From Nitratidesulfovibrio vulgaris str. Hildenborough (GTDB taxonomy: Bacteria; Desulfobacterota; Desulfovibrionia; Desulfovibrionales; Desulfovibrionaceae): 32,000 nucleotides of DNA. The position numbers and the translations under genes were made by a program. The notes under the pieces are model-generated. The model was not told the origin of the DNA and ran no database searches. It saw nothing but the letters and a program-made list of their open reading frames with translations. Within the stretch, counting starts at the first letter, position 1; each line of letters opens with the position of its first letter. The stretch covers positions 1,290,001 to 1,322,000 of the forward strand of contig NC_002937.3 in NCBI RefSeq assembly GCF_000195755.1, in the 5' to 3' direction. This document shows positions 25,293 through 32,000 of this stretch, in pieces.

Positions 25293-25669
25293 TGTTCCGG
25301 GGGCTGTGTCGGCGATGTTCCGGGCCAGCGGCCCTTGCATCGTGATTCCTGTCTACACGTTGCCGGGGTCGTATGACAGTGGGCACATCCCGTAAATCGC
25401 GAGTAGTGGCACGGGTAGGATATGCCGTAGAAGGGGGGCGGACTTCCGGGGGGCGCTTCTCCTCCGGAGGGGCTGGTGGGCCTTCAGGCGTGCGTCTCGG
25501 TGTAAGCGCGGCGGGGCGGCACTGGTAGAGCCCCTTCGGGCAGTAACCGACCTGACGCCCTCTTGGTATCCGGTGCTCATCGAAGTGTGGATTGCCCCTG
25601 CATCGGGCATGGCGTATGGGTCATGCGGCGGTGTGGGGCGTTATCGAAGTTCACCCTGCAGGAGAGAGT

Positions 25670-26518
25670 ATGCCGTTGTTCGGAGCCCACATGTCCGCCG
25701 CTGGCGGAGTATCCAACGCCATTCGCGATATCGTCGAGATTGGCGGCGAAGTGCTGCAACTGTTCACTGCCAATCAGCGGCAGTGGACGCCCAAGGCCCC
25801 GTCAGAGGCTGACGTCGAGGCGTTCGGGCGCCGTCGTGCGGCGTTCGGGGGGCCGGTGTTCTCCCATGCCTCGTACCTCATCAACATCGCCAACGGGGAT
25901 GGGGCGGCATCGGCGAAGGCGGTGGAGGCCCTTGTGCGCGAGTTCGAGCGTTGTACCGCCCTCGGCGTGGATGCGGTGGTGCTCCATCCCGGTGCGCACC
26001 TCGGGGCAGGCCGGGGTACGGGCATCCTGCGGGCCGCCCGGAACATTGATGAGGTGTTCGACAGGTGCGGGGGGCAGACGCCTGTACTGCTGCTGGAGAA
26101 CACCGCAGGGCAGGGTACCTGTCTCGGAGGTGATCTGAACGACCTTGCGGAGATCATCGACGCCTCGCGCCATGCCTCACAGCTTGGAGTCTGCCTCGAT
26201 ACGGCCCATGCCTTCGGTGCAGGCTATGCCCTGCATACCGATGAGGGCTACCGTCGTTGCATGGAGGACATCGAACACGGCCCCGGGCTGGCGGCCGTGC
26301 GCCTGTTTCATGTGAACGACAGCCTTGTGCCGTGTGGAAGCCGCAAGGACAGGCATACGCATATCGGCGAGGGGCAACTGGGTGAGGCCGCCTTTGTCCG
26401 CCTCCTGAACGACCCGGTCTTTGCGATGCACCCCATGGTTCTTGAGACACCCAAAGAGGACGGCCATGCCGCGGACAGGCGTAATCTTGCCACGCTTCGT
26501 CGGCTTGCCAGAAGTTGA
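25670..26518 (+). CDS. nfo: Endonuclease IV (AP endonuclease)
   Basis: 282 aa from ATG 25670 (MPLFGAHMSAAGG), with GGAGAGAG SD. Metal-site segments HASYLINI, VLHPGAH, LLENTAGQG, CLDTAHAF, FHVNDS and DRHTHIGEG are present. Confidence 0.93.
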   Translation: MPLFGAHMSAAGGVSNAIRDIVEIGGEVLQLFTANQRQWTPKAPSEADVEAFGRRRAAFGGPVFSHASYLINIANGDGAASAKAVEALVREFERCTALGVDAVVLHPGAHLGAGRGTGILRAARNIDEVFDRCGGQTPVLLLENTAGQGTCLGGDLNDLAEIIDASRHASQLGVCLDTAHAFGAGYALHTDEGYRRCMEDIEHGPGLAAVRLFHVNDSLVPCGSRKDRHTHIGEGQLGEAAFVRLLNDPVFAMHPMVLETPKEDGHAADRRNLATLRRLARS

Positions 26519-26843
26519 TGGGGCTTGATGATGGGGCGTAGGGCGTAGCCTCGTTCGAAAGCCTGCCGCAATCATCCCGCCATCGTCAGAGTGGTGCGGG
26601 AGAGGTGGCTGTTTCGGCGCTGCAACGACCCGCCGAGAGTCCTTATCCCGGCTTGAAGCGCTGGCCTCGAAGACATGAACCGCCTGCTCATGGAGGGAGT
26701 CGGCAGTCCTGCGATAGGCAAGGATGGCCGACAGACAATCCCCTGCTGGCGCTACGGACCTATCGGCACAGACGTCAGAACAACGTGGGCATTGGCGGCA
26801 GCATAGGGCGTGCCTCGCACGTTCACGGCCCCCCCGTGGGGGC

Positions 26844-26935
26844 ATGTCTGATGATGACGTCCGGTGATGGCGTCGGGCGATGGCTTTGCCGGTAACTTCT
26901 GATGATGCCCCTGCTGATGTCCTTTGGCGATGGCC
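26844..26935 (+). repeat. Degenerate TGATG-rich short-repeat patch in the nfo / hypothetical-gene convergent spacer
   Basis: CTGATGATG at 26848-26856 and 26899-26907, with TTGATGATG also at 26525-26533. GGYGATGGC at 26863-26871, 26876-26884 and 26926-26934. Read directly. Confidence 0.6.
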
Positions 26936-27004
26936 TAGGGTGGTGCCATCTGCCGAGGTTGCCCGTCGAGGTAAGCCGTCATGCCCCGTGGCCTCAGCCG
27001 CGCG

Positions 27005-27457
27005 TCACTGGCGGGGCGTGGGGTCGTGCTGCCTCGACAGCTTGGCACGCAGGTAGGCACCAAGGGCGTTGCCCGTCGCATCGGCGTCTGCCATGCGTAC
27101 GCCGAGGGCTGCGAGGTCCTCGGCTACCTGCTTCTCCATTCGTTCCGACTCCATGAACATCACGTAGACGAGGGCTATGGTGGCGTCGTTGTCTGCGCTG
27201 CCGTCACACAGCGACGCAAGCTGCGTGCGTTCGACCGTCTCAAGAAGCCTGTCTGCGAAGAGTGTTGCCCACTTCTCATACAGGCTGTAGGGCAACTCCG
27301 GGACAAGGGTGGCGACCTTGTCGGCACTTTGCCCGTCGATGGTGGGCAGGGTCACCTCCATGAATTCTTGCAGGGCTTCCTGCCGCCGTGCGGGGTCTTC
27401 GTCGAATCGTCTGAGTACGGTCGATGCGAGGTGCGCGTGCAGGGTCTTGTCATCCAT
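27005..27457 (-). CDS. Hypothetical acidic, probably all-helical protein (150 aa)
   Basis: ATG 27457 (MDDKTLHAHL...) is preceded by AGGAGA. G/C-ending codons predominate, like neighbouring genes. I recognise no family. The track start at 27511 lacks an SD. Confidence 0.65.
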   Translation of the reverse strand: MDDKTLHAHLASTVLRRFDEDPARRQEALQEFMEVTLPTIDGQSADKVATLVPELPYSLYEKWATLFADRLLETVERTQLASLCDGSADNDATIALVYVMFMESERMEKQVAEDLAALGVRMADADATGNALGAYLRAKLSRQHDPTPRQ

Positions 27458-27723
27458 GATGTTCTCCTGTGCTTGGCGGGGGAAGGTACTGTAAGGCTGC
27501 ACCGGAGGCAATACTTGATGAAGGCACGATGTGCGCGCTGGCGCTGGTCGTTCGCTGGAAGTGACCCGCCATGGGTATCCGTGCGCAGCATGACTTGGCC
27601 ACGTCGCGGGGCGTGTGTCATGCCGGTGTAGGGTGATTTAAAGGACATGCTGGAACCGGGAGTGTCCGTGGCAGGCGGTCGTGCGGCCAAGGTCTGTCGC
27701 ATGTTCCATGCGCGGGGGGGCAA

Positions 27724-27750
27724 TGAAAAAAGGGGGCTGATGCCCCCTTT
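27724..27750 (-). terminator. Rho-independent terminator of tpx
   Basis: The minus-strand RNA reads AAAGGGGGC AUCA GCCCCCUUU followed by a U-run (UUUUUUCAUUG). It begins 30 nt after the tpx stop. Confidence 0.75.
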
Positions 27751-27779
27751 CCGGTTGTGATGACGGTTTTGTAAAACGT

Positions 27780-28298
27780 CTAGATCGCCTTTTTCGCAGC
27801 TGCGATGGCTCCAGCATAGTCAGGTTCGGTCGTCACTTCGGGCACTATCTGGGCATGCGTTATCGTGCCGTTGCGGTCGACGACGAAGACGGCACGGGTA
27901 AGCAGACGCAGTTCCTTTATGACCACGCCATAGGCCATGCCGAACGAAAGGTCCTTGTGGTCGGAGAGTGTTTCGACCGCCTGCACTCCTGCGGCACCGC
28001 ACCAGCGGGCCTGCGCGAAGGGCAGGTCGCAGCTGACGGTGAGTATCTTCACGTCTTCTCCGAGGTTTGCCGCCTCCTGATTGAACCGGCGCGTCTCCAT
28101 GTCGCATACGCCCGTGTCAAGTGAGGGTACGGCGCTTATGATGACCACCTTGCCCTTGTAGTCGCCGAGGGTGCGGGGAGAAAGGTCGTTGGCAAGCACG
28201 TTGAATGAGGGGGCCTTGTCGCCCACGCCAGCGGGCGTACCGAGAAGAGTGAGACCGTTGCCCTTGAAAGTGATGATGCCAGTACGTTCTGTGGTCAT
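27780..28298 (-). CDS. tpx: Thiol peroxidase (atypical 2-Cys peroxiredoxin Tpx)
   Basis: 172 aa. The peroxidatic Cys context is SAVPSLDTGVCDMETRRF and the resolving Cys lies in FAQARWCGAAG. GGAGA SD. Confidence 0.93.
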   Translation of the reverse strand: MTTERTGIITFKGNGLTLLGTPAGVGDKAPSFNVLANDLSPRTLGDYKGKVVIISAVPSLDTGVCDMETRRFNQEAANLGEDVKILTVSCDLPFAQARWCGAAGVQAVETLSDHKDLSFGMAYGVVIKELRLLTRAVFVVDRNGTITHAQIVPEVTTEPDYAGAIAAAKKAI

Positions 28299-28380
28299 GT
28301 ATGTTTCTCCGATGGATGAGGATTGTCGAGAATGAATGCTGATAACACGGCTTTCGTCCCTTGTGAACCTGTCGGCGCTA

Positions 28381-28500
28381 TTTTTGTGGTTGTTTTAAAA
28401 ACATGCCAATTTACAATTTTATTCTTTTTGAACTTTATAAAACGACAAAAATGCAAAAAACATAAAAAACAATAAAAACATAACCATCTGAAATTGTTGA
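28381..28500. promoter_or_regulatory. AT-rich A-tract island in the tpx / amtB divergent spacer (probable bent or enhancer/IHF-type region and tpx promoter)
   Basis: About 120 nt of TTTTTGTGGTTGTTTTAAAAACATGCCAATTTACAATTTTATTCTTTTTGAACTTTATAAAACGACAAAAATGCAAAAAACATAAAAAACAATAAAAACATAACC... in otherwise GC-rich DNA. Four A5-6 tracts are spaced about 9-10 nt apart (28447-28478). Confidence 0.5.
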
Positions 28501-28521
28501 ACGCATGTTGTCTGGCGCAGT

Positions 28522-28537
28522 TGGCACGCGACTTGCC
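28522..28537 (+). promoter_or_regulatory. Sigma-54 (RpoN) -24/-12 promoter for amtB-glnB(-glnD)
   Basis: TGGCACG-CGAC-TTGCC matches the TGGCACG-N4-TTGCW consensus at all positions but the last. It lies 64 nt upstream of the amtB ATG, which predicts a 5' UTR of about 50 nt. Confidence 0.65.
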
Positions 28538-28600
28538 TTATGACAGGTGTGTGCAACGCAGGATGGGCCAGCGTTGCGAAAACACCTTCGAGGAGGTCTT

Positions 28601-29809
28601 ATGAACGCGGCCGATACCGCCTTCATCCTTATCTGCGCGGCACTGGTGATGTTGATGACTCCCGGCCTCGCCCTGTTCTATGGCGGCCTCGTCAGGGCCA
28701 AGAACGTGCTCTCGACAACCATGCACAGTTTCGTTCTCGTGGGCGTGGCCTCGGTGGTGTGGGCCATCATCGGGTATACACTCGCCTTCGGGCCGGATGT
28801 GGCAGGTGTCATCGGAGGACTCGACCACCTGTTCCTCAAAGGTGTGGGCATGGAACCTTCAGAGGCTGCCAAGACCATACCGCATCTCGCGTTCATGGTG
28901 TTCCAGTGCATGTTCGCGGTCATCACGCCCGCGCTCATCTCGGGTGCCTATGCCGAGCGTATCAGTTTCCGGGCCATGCTGCTGTTCTCGGTGCTGTGGC
29001 TTGTTCTGGTGTACGCGCCCATGGCCCACTGGGTGTGGGGCGGGGGCTGGATGTTCAAGATGGGTGCGCTCGACTTTGCCGGTGGCGCGGTCGTGCACAT
29101 GAGTTCTGCCGCTGCCGCGCTTGCCGCCGCGCATGTGCTCGGAAGACGCGAGGGCTATGGCCGTGAACCCTTCGTGCCCCATAACCTTCCCATGACGGTT
29201 CTCGGTGCGGGCATCCTGTGGTTCGGCTGGTTCGGCTTCAATGCGGGTAGCGCCCTTGCCGCCAATGGTCTTGCCGCCATGGCCTTCGTCACCACGCACC
29301 TTGCCACCGCCGCAGGCGTCATGGGCTGGCTCGCCGTAGAGTGGATGCATAGCGGCAAGCCCACCACGCTGGGTGCTGCCTCCGGTGCCGTTGCCGGTCT
29401 CGTTGCCATCACGCCCGCTGCTGGCTTCGTAGAACCCATGCCCGCCATGATCATCGGTTTCGGGGGCGGGATGCTCTGCTACGGCGGCGTTCTGATGAAG
29501 AAGGTCTTCAAGTACGACGACGCGCTCGACGTGGTCGGCGTGCATGGCGTGGGCGGTACGTGGGGTGCCCTTGCAACGGGATTGTTCGCCAGCGAGGCCG
29601 TGAACGGCGTCAATGGTCTCTTCTACGGCAATCCCGGTCAGCTGTGGACGCAGTTCCTTTCGGTGGTGGCTACCTGGCTGTTCTGCTACCTCATGAGTCG
29701 CGGTATCTTCCACGCGGTGGACGCCCTGATGGGGCTGCGCGTGACGGTCGATGCCGAACGCGCGGGACTGGATGTGAGCGAACACAACGAGCGGGCCTAC
29801 GAGCAGTAA
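28601..29809 (+). CDS. amtB: Ammonium transporter (Amt family)
   Basis: 402 aa from ATG 28601 (MNAADTAFILICAALVMLMTPGLALFYGG), with GAGGAGG SD. Twin-His pore segments DFAGGAVVHMSSA and VGVHGVGGTWGAL are present. Confidence 0.93.
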   Translation: MNAADTAFILICAALVMLMTPGLALFYGGLVRAKNVLSTTMHSFVLVGVASVVWAIIGYTLAFGPDVAGVIGGLDHLFLKGVGMEPSEAAKTIPHLAFMVFQCMFAVITPALISGAYAERISFRAMLLFSVLWLVLVYAPMAHWVWGGGWMFKMGALDFAGGAVVHMSSAAAALAAAHVLGRREGYGREPFVPHNLPMTVLGAGILWFGWFGFNAGSALAANGLAAMAFVTTHLATAAGVMGWLAVEWMHSGKPTTLGAASGAVAGLVAITPAAGFVEPMPAMIIGFGGGMLCYGGVLMKKVFKYDDALDVVGVHGVGGTWGALATGLFASEAVNGVNGLFYGNPGQLWTQFLSVVATWLFCYLMSRGIFHAVDALMGLRVTVDAERAGLDVSEHNERAYEQ

Positions 29810-29907
29810 CCGTATTGCCCGGCCATTGCCGCAGGGCACCGGGCTTGCGGGGGGATGTGATTGTCGCCTACAGATGCGTGAGGATGTTCCCCTTTCGCAG
29901 AATATGA

Positions 29908-30270
<363 letters not shown>

Positions 30271-30277
30271 CCGCAAA

Positions 30278-30306
30278 GGGCCGCACTCTCAGGGGGGGTG
30301 CGGCCC
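30278..30306 (+). other. Hairpin between glnB and glnD (9-bp stem, 11-nt loop)
   Basis: GGGCCGCAC ... GTGCGGCCC, 8 nt after the glnB stop. No U-tract. Possible attenuator setting the glnB:glnD ratio. Confidence 0.35.
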
Positions 30307-30320
30307 CTCGCATGGAAGCA

Positions 30321-32000
30321 TGCCGATGCCGAGGAAGAACACTCCGGACATCCCGGGAACCGATTGCAAGAACGACGCCCGGAAGACACTGCGTGAAGGC
30401 CGGTCCGCCCTAGCTGAAGGGCTGGCACAGGCGTCCTCCGATGCTCTTCCGTTCGAACACGCCTACAGCCGTCTGCTGGATACGTATTTCAGGCTGCGGC
30501 TTGCAGAGTTGGGCACGGGGCATGACCGGGTGGCGCTGGTGGCTGTCGGGGGTTACGGGAGGCAAGAGCTTTGCCCCGCCTCGGACATCGACATCCTGGT
30601 CCTTTGCAACCGTAGTATTCCACCGCAAGCCATCGACCTTGCGCAAGCACTCTTCCTGCCCCTGTGGGATGAGGGGTTCACCCTCGGGCATGGTTTCCGT
30701 ACCGTAAGCGATTGCGTGAAGCTGGCTGCCCACGACCACAAGGTATTGGCAAGCCTCCTCGATGCCCGGCTTGTGGCCGGGAGTCCTGCGCTGCTGGAAG
30801 ACATGGTCAGAAGGCTGGACGAGCGCGTGCTGCCACGGCGCAGCCACGCGTTTCTCTCATGGCTTGACACCGAACATGAACGCAGGCTGGCGGCCCATGG
30901 CGATGGGACGGTGCTGCTTGAACCCAATCTGAAAGAGGGGTTGGGGGGCTTGCGTGATTATCACAGGATACTCTGGCTGGCGCGGATTCGCGGAAAGGCG
31001 GGTACGGTCGAGGAACTCATGGCGCAGGCCGGTTTCTCTTCCGGAGACGCCACCCTGTTGCGTCAGGCCGTGACTTTTCTGCATGGGGTGCGCAACAGGC
31101 TGCATCTGCTCTCTGGTCGCAAGAACGATACCCTGTTCCTCGACCTGCAACCGGGCATAGCGCAGACCATGGGCTTCCATGACGACGGCGGGTTGCTGGG
31201 AGTGGAGCGTTTTCTCGGCGCGCTGCATCGCTGCATGTCGGACATCAAGGGGCTATCTGATGCCTTCCGGGGGGTCCCGGGTGGCCCTGTGCTCCCGGTC
31301 AGCCCGTGCCCGGAAGTCGATGCGGGAGTCGTCATCGCCGGGGGGGCCGTGCACCTGTGCCTGCCTGATGGTGTCGAGGCGAGTCCCCGCCTGACCCTCG
31401 AGACGTTCGTCCGTGCAGCCGCATCTCCCTCCGGGCCGACGCCCCGACTCGACTGGAACACGAGGCGACGCATGGCGGCGGCCATCGCAGGCAGGGCATC
31501 TGAACTGTCCGGTGTGGAAGTGGGGCGTGCCCTCATCGCCATACTCACCTCGGCCAGGGCGTTCGACGTGCTGGAACAGATGGACGCCGTGGGGTTGCTC
31601 CCTGCCTTGTTGCCAGCCTACGGCGCTGCCCGTGACAGGGTGCAGTTCGATGGCTTTCATTCCTACCCTGCCGGTATGCATACCCTTTTCACCATACGGC
31701 AACTGGAGCAGCTCGCGACGAATGGCCCCGAACCCTTTGCGACCCTATGGCGTGAATGCCCCGAAGGCGCAGGTGGCGGTGCTGAACCGGGCAGGCTGTC
31801 GGTGTTGCTGGCGGCGTTGTTCCATGACCTCGGCAAGGGGCTCGAAGATGCTTCGCACCATGAGGAGAGCGGTGCAGGCATCGCCCGTGACGTGCTCTCC
31901 GCATGGGGACTTCCTGCACCGGTCGTGGACGATGTGACGTTTCTGGTCAGGGAACATCTGCTTCTCATGCGTACCGCGCAACGCCGCGACCTCAACGACG
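30321..32000 (+). CDS. glnD: [Protein-PII] uridylyltransferase/uridylyl-removing enzyme, N-terminal 560 codons (runs off right edge)
   Basis: Not in the ORF track (no stop). My translation from ATG 30321 is open to 32000 in frame. It contains the nucleotidyltransferase motif VALVAVGGYGRQELCPASDIDILV, then EPNLKEGLGGLRDYH and the HD-domain motif LLAALFHDLGKG. Confidence 0.9.

Noticed and set aside
25408-25424. TGGCAC hexamer in the ycaO-nfo spacer as a second sigma-54 promoter.
   Set aside because: The -12 position reads GGAT rather than TTGC (TGGCACGGGTAGGATAT), so the bipartite consensus is not met. A weaker GG-N10-GC candidate at about 11601-11616 upstream of fxsA also lacks the CAC of the -24 box.
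26848-26916. CUGAUGA motifs as a hammerhead ribozyme core or a C/D-box (RUGAUGA ... CUGA) sRNA.
   Set aside because: No GAAA core segment follows a stem II after either CUGAUGA. The C, D', C' and D box spacing (about 12-nt guides) does not fit, and C/D sRNAs are not expected in bacteria.
16691-26934. Shared 9-mer GGYGATGGC in both repeat-containing spacers (16691, 16711, 26863, 26876 and 26926) as evidence of one dispersed repeat family.
   Set aside because: The same 9-mer also occurs inside ordinary coding regions (for example 3705-3713 in ribD and 4429-4437 in glyA, the complement of common GCC-ATC codon pairs). It is probably compositional rather than a specific element.
28331-28349. GAGAATGAATGCTGATAAC upstream of tpx as a Fur/PerR-type box.
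   Set aside because: It matches only about 11 of 19 positions of the classical Fur box by my count, and it is not palindromic enough to call.
11444-28600. tRNA or other structured RNA genes in the large spacers (11444-11749, 13321-13705, 16552-17186, 18597-18926, 25142-25669, 26519-27004, 27458-27779 and 28299-28600).
   Set aside because: I found no T-loop (GGTTCGAATCC-like) or cloverleaf arrangement and no recognisable riboswitch core by eye. Small RNAs cannot be excluded without covariance-model scans or transcript data.

Overview
GC-rich bacterial chromosomal window (by eye well above 60% GC). Gene content and order resemble a Desulfovibrio-type deltaproteobacterium; that is my recollection of D. 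vulgaris-like synteny and cannot be verified here. Region 1-11.0 kb is entirely minus strand and tightly packed with core genes: nusB (5' end only), ribH, ribBA, ribE, ribD, dCMP deaminase, glyA, fabF, acpP, fabG, fabH, plsX, rpmF (59 aa, absent from the ORF track) and yceD/DUF177. rpmB is divergent on the plus strand. Region 11.4-28.6 kb is looser, with several 300-630 nt non-coding spacers. It carries fxsA-rhomboid, an ArnT/PMT-like GT39 glycosyltransferase translationally coupled to a PAP2 phosphatase, and a MATE efflux gene. It also carries a YkoF/MTH1187-like small protein behind a 731-aa lipoprotein with a degenerate GH13-like core, a ferredoxin-nitroreductase fusion, a shikimate-kinase-like protein with a destroyed P-loop, an orphan YcaO with an unrecognised N-terminal domain, endonuclease IV, a 150-aa hypothetical and tpx. 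The right end holds a nitrogen module, amtB-glnB-glnD (glnD runs off the window and is absent from the ORF track), behind a near-consensus sigma-54 promoter and a striking AT-rich A-tract island. There are no rRNA or tRNA genes, CRISPR arrays, transposases or obvious defence systems. I did not find a clear-cut new multi-gene system. The most unusual signal is a pair of 20-nt tandem repeat arrays (16611-16730) that read as TGATG-chained hexapeptide mini-ORFs between the GT39/PAP2 operon and the MATE gene. The second is the orphan YcaO and its neighbourhood. Many long ORFs in the supplied track are antisense shadows of real genes, and several real genes start at internal SD-preceded ATGs rather than at the track start.
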